A DNA stretch of 64,000 nt from positions 320,376 through 384,375 of the forward strand of contig JBBDXT010000004.1 of NCBI GenBank assembly GCA_040902225.1, in the 5' to 3' direction. The notes under the pieces were generated by a model, which did no database searches, was not told the origin of the DNA, and saw only the letters and a list, made by a program, of their open reading frames with translations. Position numbers and translations under genes: made by a program. The DNA comes from Chloroflexota bacterium. Lineage in GTDB: Bacteria > Chloroflexota > Limnocylindria > QHBO01. Positions 45,821 through 56,100 of the stretch are shown one piece after another (positions within the stretch are counted from its first letter, which is position 1; every line of letters starts with the position of its first letter).

Positions 45821-48505
45821 CTACGCCTCGCGCGGGTCGGTTCGGTCCGGGTCGATCCCCAGCTCACTGATCGCACGGACCAGCTCCTTGCGGTCTGCCG
45901 TGCCGGTGAGGCACAGGCCGTGGAGCGCGGCGTAGGCGATCTGCTCCGGGCTCACCTCGAAGTGCATGCGCAACGCCTCGCGGGTGTCGCTGCGGCCGAA
46001 GCCGTCGGTGCCCAGGACGGTGAATGGTCGGTCGATCCAGCGCGCCACCATGTCGGGGAGTGCCTTGAGGTAGTCGGTGGCGGCGATGATCGGTCCGGTC
46101 GTCTGGTCGAGCAGCTGCACCACGTACGGGATGCGCGCCTCCGCCTCGGGGTGCAGCCGATTCCAGCGCTCGGCGGAGAGCGCGTCGTTGCGCAGCTGCT
46201 GGAAGGACGGGACGCTCCACACGTCGGCCGCGACGTCGTACCGCTCGGCGAGCAGCTCCTGGGCGCGGAGCGCCTGGTGCAGGATCGAGCCCGATCCCAG
46301 CAGCTGCACATGCCGTGTGCCGCGCTCCGCCGCCCGGAAGAGATACAGGCCGCGCAGCACCCCCTCCTCGACGCGATCGGGCTTGGGCGGCATCGCCCAG
46401 TTCTCGTTGTACAGGGTCAGGTAGTAGAAGACGTCCTCGCCCGGCTCGCCGTACATGCGCCGGATCCCCTCGCGCACGATGATCGCCAGCTCATAGGCGA
46501 AGGCGGGGTCGTAGGCGAGCACGTTGGGGACGGTGCTGGCCAGGATGTGGCTGTGCCCGTCGTCGTGCTGGAGCCCCTCCCCGGTGAGAGTCGTGCGACC
46601 GGCGGTGGCGCCCATCATGAAGCCGCGGCCGCGCGCGTCGCCGAGCGCCCAGATCTGGTCGCCGGTGCGCTGGAAGCCGAACATCGAGTAGAAGGTGTAG
46701 AACGGGATCATCGGCTCGCCATGGGTGGCATAGCTGGTCGCCGCGGCCGTGAAGTCGGCCATTGCGCCGGCCTCGGTGATGCCCTCCTCCAGGATCTGCC
46801 CGTCGGTGGCCTCCCGATACGAGAGCAGGAGCTCCTTGTCGACGGGCGTGTAGCGCTGCCCCAGCGGGTTGTAGATGCCCACCTCCTTGAAGAGGGGATC
46901 CATGCCGAAGGTGCGGGCCTCGTCCGGGATGATCGGCACGATCCGCTTGCCGATCTGCGGATCTCGCATGAGGTTGCGCAGCAGGCGGCTGAAGGCCATG
47001 GTCGTGCTGGCCGGACGATCGGCGCCGGCGAACAGCTCGTCGTAGACCGCATCCGCCGCGGGCGGCAGAGGCTTGGCCTGCACCACCCGGCGCGGCACCA
47101 GGCCGCCCAGCTGACGGCGCCGCTCGAGGATATAGGCGATCTCCGGCGACTCCGGCCCAGGATGGTAGTAGGGGGCCTTGGCGAGCTGCTCGTCGGGGAT
47201 CGGAAGCTCCAGGCGGTCGCGGAAGACCTTGAGCTCGTCCTGGGTCAGCTTCTTGGCCTGGTGGGTCACATTGCGCCCCTCGATCCCCGGGCCCAGCGCC
47301 CAGCCCTTGACCGTCTTGGCCAGGATCACCACCGGGGCGCCGGTGTGCTCCACCGCCGCCGAGTAGGCGGCGTAGACCTTGCGGTAGTCGTGGCCACCGC
47401 GACGCAGCTTGGCGAGGGCATCGTCCGGGAGGTGCTCGACCAGCGCCCGGAGGCGTGGATCGGGGCCGAAGAAGTGCTCGCGGATGTAGGCGCCATCGGC
47501 GACGGAGAGCTTCTGATAGTCGCCGTCGAGCGTCTCGTTCATCTTGGTCAGCAGGACGCCGTCACGGTCGCGCGCCAGCAGGTCGTCCCACTCGCGTGCC
47601 CAGATGACCTTGATCACGTGCCAGCCGGCGCCGCGGAAGGTCGCCTCCAGCTCCTGGATGATCTTGCCGTTACCGCGGACCGGCCCATCGAGCCGCTGCA
47701 GGTTGCAGTTGACGACGAAGATCAGGTTGTCGAGGCCCTCGCGCGCGGCGAGGCCCAGCGCTCCGAGCGACTCCGGCTCGTCCATCTCGCCGTCGCCGAC
47801 GAATGCCCAGACCCGGCTGGCGCTGGTATCGGCGATGCCGCGTGCCGACAGATAGCGGTTGAATCGGGCCTGGTAGACGGCGGACAGCGGCCCCAGGCCC
47901 ATGCTGACGGTCGGGAACTGCCAGAAGTCGGGCATGGTGCGCGGATGGGGATACGAGGCCAGACCGGTCCCCGGACCGCCCGTTTCGCGACGGAAGTGGT
48001 CGAGCTGCTCCTCGCTGAGCCGCCCTTCCAGGAAGGCTCGGGCATAGATCCCCGGCGCGGCATGTCCCTGGTAGAAGATCTGGTCGCCGGCGCCGCCATC
48101 GTCGCGGCCGCGGAAGAAGTGGTTGAAGCCCACCTCATACAAGCTGGCTGCGCTGGCGTAGGTCGACAGGTGGCCGCCGATCCCCTCGAAGCTCGAGTTG
48201 GCGCGCAGCACCATGGCCAGCGCGTTCCAGCGGATCATCTGGCGTATCCGATGCTCGATCTTCTCGTCGCCAGGGAAGTCCGGCTCCTGCTCTGTCGAGA
48301 TGGTGTTGACGTACCGGGTCTGGACCAGCGGCGGCAGCCCGACCTGGAGCTGGCGGGCGCGCTTCAGCAGCTTGTAGATGATGAAGCGAGCGCGTTCGGG
48401 ACCGGCCTGCGCGACGACCCCGTCCAGCGAGTCGAGCCACTCCTGCGTCTCGGCAGGGTCGATGTCGGGCAGCTGCGCCTTGAACTGGTCGAAGATCTCG
48501 TGCAT
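45821..48505 (-). CDS. aceE: pyruvate dehydrogenase E1 component (homodimeric type)
   Basis: This 894-aa protein has the AceE-typical N-terminus MHEIFDQFKAQLPDIDPAETQEWLDSL, a ThDP-binding GDGEMDEPES region and conserved transketolase-like domains. Confidence 0.9.
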   Translation of the reverse strand: MHEIFDQFKAQLPDIDPAETQEWLDSLDGVVAQAGPERARFIIYKLLKRARQLQVGLPPLVQTRYVNTISTEQEPDFPGDEKIEHRIRQMIRWNALAMVLRANSSFEGIGGHLSTYASAASLYEVGFNHFFRGRDDGGAGDQIFYQGHAAPGIYARAFLEGRLSEEQLDHFRRETGGPGTGLASYPHPRTMPDFWQFPTVSMGLGPLSAVYQARFNRYLSARGIADTSASRVWAFVGDGEMDEPESLGALGLAAREGLDNLIFVVNCNLQRLDGPVRGNGKIIQELEATFRGAGWHVIKVIWAREWDDLLARDRDGVLLTKMNETLDGDYQKLSVADGAYIREHFFGPDPRLRALVEHLPDDALAKLRRGGHDYRKVYAAYSAAVEHTGAPVVILAKTVKGWALGPGIEGRNVTHQAKKLTQDELKVFRDRLELPIPDEQLAKAPYYHPGPESPEIAYILERRRQLGGLVPRRVVQAKPLPPAADAVYDELFAGADRPASTTMAFSRLLRNLMRDPQIGKRIVPIIPDEARTFGMDPLFKEVGIYNPLGQRYTPVDKELLLSYREATDGQILEEGITEAGAMADFTAAATSYATHGEPMIPFYTFYSMFGFQRTGDQIWALGDARGRGFMMGATAGRTTLTGEGLQHDDGHSHILASTVPNVLAYDPAFAYELAIIVREGIRRMYGEPGEDVFYYLTLYNENWAMPPKPDRVEEGVLRGLYLFRAAERGTRHVQLLGSGSILHQALRAQELLAERYDVAADVWSVPSFQQLRNDALSAERWNRLHPEAEARIPYVVQLLDQTTGPIIAATDYLKALPDMVARWIDRPFTVLGTDGFGRSDTREALRMHFEVSPEQIAYAALHGLCLTGTADRKELVRAISELGIDPDRTDPREA

Positions 48506-48549
48506 CGGGCGCTTATGGTACAGACGGATGACCGACTAGACTCAGCCCG

Positions 48550-48888
48550 ATGTCTCGCGAAGAGCGGCGCGCCTATCAGCGCATGACGAAGAAGCAGGAC
48601 CCGTACGCCCTCCCGGCGACGGGCGCCGCGCGGGCGCGTCAGCAACAGCTCGAGCGCCGCAAGGCGCGGCGTGCCACTGCTTCGAGCGCGCCGCCGGGCG
48701 CCATCTCGCGACGCTTCCTTGCCTGGGCGCTGGGCGGCGCCGCGGCGATCGGCCTCGTGGCCTTCTCGCTGGCCTGGCCGAGCGGGATGCCGTTCGCCGC
48801 CTACGTCGGAGCCGGCGTTGCCATCGCGTGGGTGGTGGCCGCTTTCGGGGTGCGTGCGCTCGTCGGCCGCAACCCCGCCCGGCCCTAG
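48550..48888 (+). CDS. hypothetical small membrane protein
   Basis: This 112-aa protein has a basic N-terminus (MSREERRAYQRMTKKQD) and two hydrophobic helices. Confidence 0.4.
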   Translation: MSREERRAYQRMTKKQDPYALPATGAARARQQQLERRKARRATASSAPPGAISRRFLAWALGGAAAIGLVAFSLAWPSGMPFAAYVGAGVAIAWVVAAFGVRALVGRNPARP

Positions 48889-48911
48889 CCGACGGCACGA
48901 CCGGGGGATCG

Positions 48912-49541
48912 ATGATGACGGGCATCCTCGGCGCGGCGGTCCTGGTCGTGCTCGGCTATCTCATCGGCGCGCTGCCGTTCGGGTTGGTGATCGGCCGCAT
49001 GGCGGGGGGTGTCGACCTGCGCGAGCATGGTTCGGGCCGCATCGGCGCGACCAATGCGCTGCGCACGGTCGGCCTGGCCGGGGCAGCGCTCACCTTCCTG
49101 CTCGACCTGGCCAAGGGAGCTGTGGCCGTCCTGCTGGTGGGCTGGATGTACCTCGCCGGCCCACCGGGCTCGCCGCCCTGGGTCGCTGCCGCGGTTGGGA
49201 TCGCGGCGGTGGCGGGTCACATCCGTTCGGTCTTCATCGGCTTCCGGGGCGGGCGCGGAGTCGCGACCTTTATCGGCACCATGCTGGTGACGGCTCCGTG
49301 GGCGGTTGCGATCGTCCTGCCGCTCGGGGCCCTGATCGTCTGGCGGTCGCGATTGGTCTCGCTTGGCTCGCTGACGGGGACCGTGCTGGCGCCGGTCGTC
49401 ACGACCGGGCTCGTGCTGCTGGGCCAGGCCACCTGGGCGGCGGTCGCGCTGGCCGTCAGCGGAGCAATGTTGGTGACCGCCGCGCACGGGGACAACATCG
49501 CCCGGCTGCGGGCGGGAACTGAACGCAGGCTCGGCCAATGA
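48912..49541 (+). CDS. plsY: glycerol-3-phosphate acyltransferase PlsY
   Basis: The start is an internal ATG (MMTGILGAAVLVV). The PlsY signature motifs LREHGSGRIGATNALRTVG and FKGGKGVAT-like FRGGRGVATF are present. Confidence 0.85.
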   Translation: MMTGILGAAVLVVLGYLIGALPFGLVIGRMAGGVDLREHGSGRIGATNALRTVGLAGAALTFLLDLAKGAVAVLLVGWMYLAGPPGSPPWVAAAVGIAAVAGHIRSVFIGFRGGRGVATFIGTMLVTAPWAVAIVLPLGALIVWRSRLVSLGSLTGTVLAPVVTTGLVLLGQATWAAVALAVSGAMLVTAAHGDNIARLRAGTERRLGQ

Positions 49542-50143
49542 CCGGCCCACGCTCGCCGTCGCGCCTCACCACGCTGCCGAACATGCTCGGGCTGGCGCGC
49601 ATCGCCGCCACCCCGATCGTGGTCCTGCTGCTCCTCCTGCCATTTCCGGGGGCTGGTCTGCTCGGCTTCGCGGTCTATACCGCGGCGGCAACCACCGATT
49701 ACCTGGATGGCCGGATCGCCCGCGCGCGGGACGAGGTGTCGGCGCTGGGCGTCTTCCTGGACCTCACCGCAGACAAGGTGCTCGTCGCCGGTGTGCTGGT
49801 GGCGATGGTCGAGGTCGATCTCCTGCCGACCTGGATCGTGGCGACCCTGCTCATCCGGGAGCTCGTGGTGCAGGGGGTGCGCCAGGTGGCGGCGTCGGCC
49901 AGTGTCGTGATCGCCGCGCGCCGGCTCGGCAAATGGAAGGCGTTCGCGACGAACGTGGCGATCGGGGCGCTGCTGCTGGCCTTCGATGCGCAGACTGGCG
50001 GGCCGGTTGGAGAGGTGCTTGAAGCCGGGGTAATCCACGCCATCGGTTTCTGGCTGGCGTTGCTGGCAACCGCGTTGGCGGTCATCTCAGGGGTCGCGTA
50101 CCTGCGCGGCGCGCTCCCCATGCTGCTCGGCCGGGAGGGCTGA
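49538..50143 (+). CDS. pgsA: CDP-diacylglycerol--glycerol-3-phosphate 3-phosphatidyltransferase (CDP-alcohol phosphatidyltransferase family)
   Basis: The CDP-OH phosphatidyltransferase motif DYLDGRIAR...G...DLTADKV is present, the start is ATGA-coupled to plsY, and the 201-aa length fits. Confidence 0.8.
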   Translation: MTGPRSPSRLTTLPNMLGLARIAATPIVVLLLLLPFPGAGLLGFAVYTAAATTDYLDGRIARARDEVSALGVFLDLTADKVLVAGVLVAMVEVDLLPTWIVATLLIRELVVQGVRQVAASASVVIAARRLGKWKAFATNVAIGALLLAFDAQTGGPVGEVLEAGVIHAIGFWLALLATALAVISGVAYLRGALPMLLGREG

Positions 50144-50187
50144 GGCGGTCACGGTCGAGGGCTAGCGAGTGAGCGCCGGTTGCGGTC

Positions 50188-50637
50188 CTAGGCGACGTTG
50201 AACTCGCTGGTCCGGCGCATGTTCACGATCACGACCTCCGCCTGCTCGTCTGGCTCGCCATCGCGACCGAACGTCGCCGTGGTGAGCGGCATGAACCGTC
50301 GCGTGGCTCGCATGATCGGATCGTCCTGCTCGCCGGGGCGCATGTGGGCGGTGCCGGCGATGTGGAAGGAGCCGGCACGGATCAGGACCGCAGTCTGGTT
50401 CCCATGCACGCGAAGGGCCGGCTCGCTGACGTGCGGCGGGGGCACGGCAAGCACGACATCATCGGGAAAGATCTCTTGCCATTGGCTCGGATCGCCGCCT
50501 GCTGGAAGGAACGAGAAGGGCTCCCCGGCCTGCAGGATGTCCGTCATCCGCTGTCCCTGGGTGTGGACCCAACCGGTGAGGTCCACGTCCTCCAGGATGA
50601 GGCGGATCGGCTGAGGGGCTTCGCTGGCTGACGTCAT
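50188..50637 (-). CDS. hypothetical 150-aa protein, distal gene of the DrrAB-like exporter operon
   Basis: The start is an internal ATG (MTSASEAPQPIRLILEDVDLTGWVH) with a GGAG RBS. No known domain is recognised. Confidence 0.4.
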   Translation of the reverse strand: MTSASEAPQPIRLILEDVDLTGWVHTQGQRMTDILQAGEPFSFLPAGGDPSQWQEIFPDDVVLAVPPPHVSEPALRVHGNQTAVLIRAGSFHIAGTAHMRPGEQDDPIMRATRRFMPLTTATFGRDGEPDEQAEVVIVNMRRTSEFNVA

Positions 50638-50702
50638 GGCGTTCACCTTACTCCGGGCGCGTTGGGGCAGGGGTGGTACGAAGAGGTCAATGCCGTCAGG
50701 AC

Positions 50703-51527
50703 CTACTTGATCAGCCGCTGCTCCAGGCGGTTGAGCGCGATCCACATCGCGATCGACCCGAACGCCACCAGGTAGGCCAGGTCCCACAGCTGGTGCCAGC
50801 CGAGCGCTCCGGTGGCCAGGCCGCGCAGCAGCTCCACCGCGTGGAAGAGCGGGGTCAGTTCCATGGCGAGCTGGATCGGCTCCGGATAGACGCTGATCGG
50901 GAAGAACGTCCCGCTGAACAGGAACATCGGCATGATCACCAGGCCCATCGGCAGGTCGAAGTCCTGCACCGTGCGCAGGTACGCGGAGGCTGCCAGGCAG
51001 GCCGCGCTGAAGGAGGCGCCGATGAGGATCGAGGCCGGGATCACCAGGAAGAGCAGCGGCGAGATCACCAGCCCCATCCCGATCATGACCAGCACGAACG
51101 CAACCACGTACAGCGTCCCGCGGAAGAGCGACCAGAGCATCTCGCCCACCGCGATCTCGCGGATCCCCAGCGGCGTGGCCAGGATGGCGTCGTAGGTCCT
51201 GCTGAAGTTGAGCTTGAAGAAGACGTTGAAGATCGACTCGGCGATCGCGCCGTTCATGCTCGCCGTGGCGAGCAGCGCCGGAGCCACGAACGCCGCGTAC
51301 GAGATGCTGCGCCCGTCCGCCAGCGGCACGTCCCCGACCAGCGTGCCCAGGCCGTAGCCGATCCCGAGCAGGTAGAAGAGCGGCTCGAAGAACCCGCTGA
51401 AGATCACCATCCAGCCGCGCTTGTAGACGAGCAGGTTGCGCTGCACCAGGCGTCGCGAACGGAGTAGCGAGGCGACCAGGCCGGAGGTGGGCGCCGGTGC
51501 CGGAGCGGGTCGCGCGATGGCGGTCAT
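50703..51527 (-). CDS. ABC-2 type transporter permease (DrrB/NodJ-like)
   Basis: The start is an internal ATG (MTAIARPAPAP...LVQRNLLVYKRGWMVIF) overlapping the upstream permease stop (ATGA). It has six TM helices. Confidence 0.75.
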   Translation of the reverse strand: MTAIARPAPAPAPTSGLVASLLRSRRLVQRNLLVYKRGWMVIFSGFFEPLFYLLGIGYGLGTLVGDVPLADGRSISYAAFVAPALLATASMNGAIAESIFNVFFKLNFSRTYDAILATPLGIREIAVGEMLWSLFRGTLYVVAFVLVMIGMGLVISPLLFLVIPASILIGASFSAACLAASAYLRTVQDFDLPMGLVIMPMFLFSGTFFPISVYPEPIQLAMELTPLFHAVELLRGLATGALGWHQLWDLAYLVAFGSIAMWIALNRLEQRLIK

Positions 51528-52357
51528 TTCACCAGCCTCCGGCGCAGCAGGCGGTAGGCGATGTACCCGGTGATGGCGGTGAAAACGACCAGGTACGCGA
51601 GGTGGAGCGGCCAGGTCGACGGCATGTTGTCGAGGACGGCGCCCCGCACCAGCACGACGCCGTGGTAGAGCGGCGTGGCGGCGGCGACCCACTCCACCGC
51701 ATCGGGCAGCTGGGAGACCGGGAAGAAGGTGCCGCTGAACAGGAAGAGCGGGTTGATGATGAACCGGAAGAGCGGCGCGAAGCCCGCGTCGTTGTGGCGC
51801 GTGGCGGCGAAGCCCATGATCGGCGCCGCGAACGCGACCCCGGTGAGCACCGCCGCGGGGATGGCGAGCAGTGCGAGCGGGCTGCGCGGGATCCCGAACA
51901 GGGTGAGCACGATCATGAAGGCGGTCGCCATGGTCGTCAGCCGGAAGCCGATCCAGCTCAACTCGCCGATGAGCAGGTGATGCACTTCGATCGGCGTCGC
52001 CAGGATCGCCTCGTAGTTCCGGCGCCAGGCGATCTTGCCCATGATCGGGAAGGTCGATTCGAAGCTGGCGGTCTGCATGCAGCTGCTGGCCAGGATGCCG
52101 GGGCCCAGGAAGTCGAGGTACTCGACGCCACCCAGCGCCGTCGTCCCCCCACTCGCCATCAGCTGGCTGAGGCCGATCCCCATGGCGGTCAGGTACAGCA
52201 GCGGGGTGAGGAACGAGCCGAAGAGGCTGCCGCGCCACGTGCGCCGATAGACCAGCAGGTTGCGCTGCACCACGCGCGCGGCGCCCGCCAGCGCTCCTTC
52301 CAAGGCGCCGGTCAGTGGCGGTGGGCCGGGCCGGCTGCCGGCGATGACCGCCATCAC
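51524..52357 (-). CDS. ABC-2 type transporter permease (second, paralogous)
   Basis: This 277-aa protein is homologous to the downstream permease (VVQRNLLVYRRTWRGSLF, LATPIEVHHLLIGE). Its start overlaps the ATPase stop. Confidence 0.75.
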   Translation of the reverse strand: MMAVIAGSRPGPPPLTGALEGALAGAARVVQRNLLVYRRTWRGSLFGSFLTPLLYLTAMGIGLSQLMASGGTTALGGVEYLDFLGPGILASSCMQTASFESTFPIMGKIAWRRNYEAILATPIEVHHLLIGELSWIGFRLTTMATAFMIVLTLFGIPRSPLALLAIPAAVLTGVAFAAPIMGFAATRHNDAGFAPLFRFIINPLFLFSGTFFPVSQLPDAVEWVAAATPLYHGVVLVRGAVLDNMPSTWPLHLAYLVVFTAITGYIAYRLLRRRLVK

Positions 52358-53289
52358 TCCACCAGTGAGCGGCCGGTGAGCCGCAGGAAGACGTCCTCGA
52401 GGGTGGCGCGTCGGACGAGCGCCGAGTCGATCGTGATGTCACGGCCGTGGACGCCCTCCAGCGCCTTCTCGCCGTCGTCGGCGTAGAGGAGGAACCGATC
52501 GGGCAGCTCCTCGACCCGTTCCGCCAGCCCGTCAAGGCGGCCGTCGAGGCTGCCGCGGGCTGCGTCGGGGACGCGCAGCTCGAGCACCTCCCTGGTCGCG
52601 TACTTCTCGATCAGCTCTCTCGGGGTCCCGGCGGCCACGATGGCGGCCTTGTCCATCACCACCAGGCGGTCGCACAGCTGCTCGGCCTCATCCATGTAGT
52701 GCGTGGTGATGACCAGCGTGGCGCCACGCTGCTTGAGCCGGTAGAGCCGTTCCCAGAGGAGGTGGCGCGCCTGCGGATCGAGGCCCGTCGTCGGCTCGTC
52801 GAGGATGATCAGCTCCGGGTCGTTGATGAGCGCCCGCGCGATGGTCAGCCGCCGCTTCATCCCACCGGAGAGCGGCTCCACCTGGTCGCTCGCCCGCTCG
52901 CTGAGCTGCATGAACTCGAGCAGCTCGGCCGCCCGCGGGCGCGCCACCGACATCGGGATGTCGAAGTAGCGCGCGTACATCAGCAGGTTCTCCTCGACGC
53001 TCAGCTCCGCGTCGAGGTTGTCGGCCTGGGGGACGACCCCAAGGCGCGCCTTGATCTGCGCAGCCTGCGTGCGCGGGTCCATGCCGATGACCGTCAGCTC
53101 CCCCTCGGTCACCGGCGAGGAGCAGGCGATCATGCGCATGGTGCTGGTCTTGCCCGCCCCGTTCGGGCCCAGGAAACCGAACGCCTCGGCGGTGCGCACG
53201 TCGAAGTCGATGGCGTTGACCGCGGTGAAGGCGTCGAACCGCTTCGTCAGCCCGCGGGCATGGACAAGGATCTCGTCGGTCGGGGGCAT
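52354..53289 (-). CDS. ABC transporter ATP-binding protein (DrrA/NodI-like)
   Basis: The start is an internal ATG (MPPTDEILVHARGLTKRF). Walker A GPNGAGKTST, LSGGMKRRLTIARAL and Walker B LILDEPTTGLD are present. Confidence 0.85.
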   Translation of the reverse strand: MPPTDEILVHARGLTKRFDAFTAVNAIDFDVRTAEAFGFLGPNGAGKTSTMRMIACSSPVTEGELTVIGMDPRTQAAQIKARLGVVPQADNLDAELSVEENLLMYARYFDIPMSVARPRAAELLEFMQLSERASDQVEPLSGGMKRRLTIARALINDPELIILDEPTTGLDPQARHLLWERLYRLKQRGATLVITTHYMDEAEQLCDRLVVMDKAAIVAAGTPRELIEKYATREVLELRVPDAARGSLDGRLDGLAERVEELPDRFLLYADDGEKALEGVHGRDITIDSALVRRATLEDVFLRLTGRSLVE

Positions 53290-53540
53290 GGGCGGCCATT
53301 CTACCGATGGGGCGTCTGAGCGGCCGGACCGCTGGCTCCTACCAATGACACTGGTACAACCGTGCATTTCGCTAGGAATCAGACCGCTGTGGTGTCGTCA
53401 CACGACGGGATACCAGCCGGATTGGTGAGAGATTGCACGAGCCGACTCATCTGCCGCTCTCGAGCGTCGATGTACCAACAGAGTTGGTAACCCCGCGCTG
53501 TCGCCCGCGCGGCTGCTTCCGAACCGGTTAGCCTCACGCC

Positions 53541-55739
53541 GTGAGCGCCGAAGCGGCCAGGTTCCTGCTCGACGGCGGGCGTCTGCCGTACGAGCCCGGC
53601 GACAGCGTGGCGGTCGCCATCGTGCGCGCGGGCGAGCATCCGCGGGTAGGCGGCACGCTGTGCCTCGCCGGGGATTGCGGCAACTGCGTCGCCGAGGTCG
53701 ACGGGATCGCATACGTGCGCACCTGCCAGACCCCAGCCGCTCCCGAGCTCGACGTCCGCCGCCACCCGGCCGATGGAGCACCCGCCTGGTACGACCCAAC
53801 CCCGAACCCCCCGGAGATCGAGGTGCGGCGGGAGGAGGCTGACCTCGTGGTCATCGGTGCCGGCAGGAGTGGCACCGCCGCGGCCGCCGAGGCAAAGCGC
53901 GCGGGTCGACAGGTCACCCTGCTGGATGAGTCGCAGGGCACCGAGGTCGTGGGGGTCTATGCCGGGCCGACCCTGATCGCGCGCACGCCTGAGGGCATGC
54001 TCCACATTCGTGCCACTGACGTGGTGGTCGCAACCGGGGCCGCCGAGATCCAGCCGGTCTGCCCGGGTAGCGGCCTCGCCGGCCTGGTAACCGCGCGAGC
54101 TGCCCAGATGCTCCACGCGGCGGGAGTGGACCTGGGGATGGCGGTGGCCATCGGTCCGGCGCCGGAGGAGGTCCCCTGCACGCCACTCAGCGGGGAGCTG
54201 GTGCGATTCGAGGGCGAGGGGCGGGTCTCAGCGGTCGTCACCCGCGAGGACGGTGCGGAGCAGACGACGCGATGCGACACGGTGATCCTGAACCTGGGTC
54301 GCTCTCCGCGCGACGTCCTGTCGCGGATGGCCGACGACCTGCCGGTGACCGTGGTCGGATCGGCCGCCGAGGCATTCCCGCTGCCACCGGCGCCGACCGA
54401 GGGGATCGTGTGCCCCTGCGTCGGGATCGGCGTCGACGACCTCGAGGGCGTCTGGGCGCGTGGCTTCAACGAGCTGGAGCTGGTGAAGCGGGCCAGCCTG
54501 GCCGGCACCGGCACCTGCCAGGGGAGCGCATGCCTGCCCCACGTCCGAGCCTGGATCGCGGCCCGCACCGGCGAGGCGCCCCAACCGTTCACCGCAAGAC
54601 CCGCCTCGCGCCAGATCACGCTGGGCGAGGCCGGCGCCGACCTCTACCTCGACGCCTTCCGACGCACGCCGCTCCACGCCGAGCACCTCGCCCTGGGCGC
54701 GCAGATGGACCGTTTCGGCGGCTGGTGGCGGCCCTGGAACTACGGCGACCACCTGGCCGAGTACCGGGCCGTGCGCGAGGCAGTCTCGCTGGGCGACGTC
54801 AGCACGCTCGGCAAGTTCGTCGTGGCAGGGGCCGATGCGGTCGAGTTCCTGCAGCGCCTCTACCCCACCGATGTGTCGACCATTCGGGTAGGCCGTTCCC
54901 GCTACGCGCTGCTCCTCAACGAGCGCGGCCATGTCATCGACGACGGGATGATCTGCCGCGAAGCCGAAGACCGCTTCGTCCTGACCTTCACCACCGGCGG
55001 CGCGGGCAACGCCGAGATGTGGATGCGCGACTGGCTGGAGACGTGGGGCCTCAACGTCCTGCTCCTCGATCGCACCATGTCGCTGGCGGCGATCAACGTC
55101 ACCGGCCCAGGCGCGGCCGAGCTCCTCGCCCGCCTGGGACTGGCCGACCCGCCGCGCTTCCTGCAGCACGTGCATACCGAGCTGACCGGCATGCCGGTCC
55201 ATGTCATGCGCCTCTCGTTCACGGGCGAGGCCTCGTTCGAGCTCCACCACCCGGTCGACCGATCGGCCGAGCTGTGGCGGACCCTGCTGGCCGAGGGCGC
55301 CGACCTCGGGATCCGGCCCCACGGCCTGCAGGCCCTCTTCGCGCTGCGGCTGGAGAAGGGGCACGTGATCATCGGCATGGACACCGAGCTCGACACGACC
55401 CCGCGGCGACTTGGCATGGACTGGGCCGTGAACATGGAGAAGACCGACTTCATCGGCCGCCAGGCATTGGCTCGCACGGCCACCCTCCCGGACCGGCGGC
55501 GGCTGGTCGGCCTGACGATGGCCGGCGTTGCGCCAACAGAAGGGAGCCCGATATCGTCGAAGGGCGGGGTCCTCGGCCACGTCACCTCCAGCTTCACCTC
55601 ACCGACCCTCGGCCACGCGGTGATGCTCGGCTGGCTGAAACGCTCGCCGTTCCCGGAGCAGGTCGAGATCGACGGCCGCACCGCCACGGTCGCCGAACCT
55701 CCTTTCTACGATCCAGAGGGTCTCCGTGCGCGCGCCTGA
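53541..55739 (+). CDS. soxA: sarcosine oxidase alpha-subunit family protein (2Fe-2S-like N-terminus, FAD/NAD-binding, C-terminal aminomethyltransferase GCV_T fold)
   Basis: An N-terminal Cys cluster CLAGDCGNCVAEVDGIAYVRTC, a dinucleotide-binding VVIGAGRSGTAAAAEA and a C-terminal GcvT-like region (GKFVVAGADAVEFLQRL, ERGHVIDDGMI) are present. The 732-aa protein is shorter than canonical SoxA. Confidence 0.75.
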   Translation: MSAEAARFLLDGGRLPYEPGDSVAVAIVRAGEHPRVGGTLCLAGDCGNCVAEVDGIAYVRTCQTPAAPELDVRRHPADGAPAWYDPTPNPPEIEVRREEADLVVIGAGRSGTAAAAEAKRAGRQVTLLDESQGTEVVGVYAGPTLIARTPEGMLHIRATDVVVATGAAEIQPVCPGSGLAGLVTARAAQMLHAAGVDLGMAVAIGPAPEEVPCTPLSGELVRFEGEGRVSAVVTREDGAEQTTRCDTVILNLGRSPRDVLSRMADDLPVTVVGSAAEAFPLPPAPTEGIVCPCVGIGVDDLEGVWARGFNELELVKRASLAGTGTCQGSACLPHVRAWIAARTGEAPQPFTARPASRQITLGEAGADLYLDAFRRTPLHAEHLALGAQMDRFGGWWRPWNYGDHLAEYRAVREAVSLGDVSTLGKFVVAGADAVEFLQRLYPTDVSTIRVGRSRYALLLNERGHVIDDGMICREAEDRFVLTFTTGGAGNAEMWMRDWLETWGLNVLLLDRTMSLAAINVTGPGAAELLARLGLADPPRFLQHVHTELTGMPVHVMRLSFTGEASFELHHPVDRSAELWRTLLAEGADLGIRPHGLQALFALRLEKGHVIIGMDTELDTTPRRLGMDWAVNMEKTDFIGRQALARTATLPDRRRLVGLTMAGVAPTEGSPISSKGGVLGHVTSSFTSPTLGHAVMLGWLKRSPFPEQVEIDGRTATVAEPPFYDPEGLRARA

Positions 55740-56100
55740 GCCTCTCTCGGCGCTCCGCGTGGTGGCCGCGGCCGAGGTCCTCGACGACCTGACCTTGCCC
55801 GATCACCACCCGATGCTGCGCCTCGCCCCCGACGACCTCCTGGTCATCGGAGCGGCGAGTGTCCAGGTCGTCGGGGAGCACCTGATCGTGGACGAAACCG
55901 GCTTCGTCGGTTGGTGGCTGACCCCCGACGAGGTGACGCACGCCGTACTCCCGCACGTGGATTGGCCGCTGCCCACCGCGCGGCCGGCTCTGGCCCAGGG
56001 GCTGGTGGCGGGTGTGCCCGCCAAGCTGTGGCTGGCCGAGGATCGGGCGCTCCTGCTCTGTGCGGCGGCCTACGCGCACGAGCTCGAGGAGCGAGTGTAA
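55726..56100 (+). CDS. soxG: putative sarcosine oxidase gamma-subunit-like protein
   Basis: This 124-aa ORF sits between the alpha and beta genes, overlaps the soxA stop, and has sequence features weakly consistent with SoxG. The call rests mostly on position. Confidence 0.45.
   Translation: MRAPEPLSALRVVAAAEVLDDLTLPDHHPMLRLAPDDLLVIGAASVQVVGEHLIVDETGFVGWWLTPDEVTHAVLPHVDWPLPTARPALAQGLVAGVPAKLWLAEDRALLLCAAAYAHELEERV

Noticed and set aside
45920-48586. 888-aa plus-strand ORF opposite aceE
   Set aside because: It is antisense to pyruvate dehydrogenase E1, which has a textbook N-terminus and ThDP-binding motif.
50703-52535. 610-aa minus ORF apparently fusing the ATPase 3' end with two permeases
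   Set aside because: It is a frame read-through. The real genes are three ATGA-coupled cistrons (52354..53289, 51524..52357, 50703..51527), each with its own start and typical family N-terminus.
54228-55792. ORFs 54228..55580 (-) and 54272..55792 (+) inside soxA
   Set aside because: These are alternate or antisense frames within a gene with clear FAD-binding and GcvT-fold motifs.
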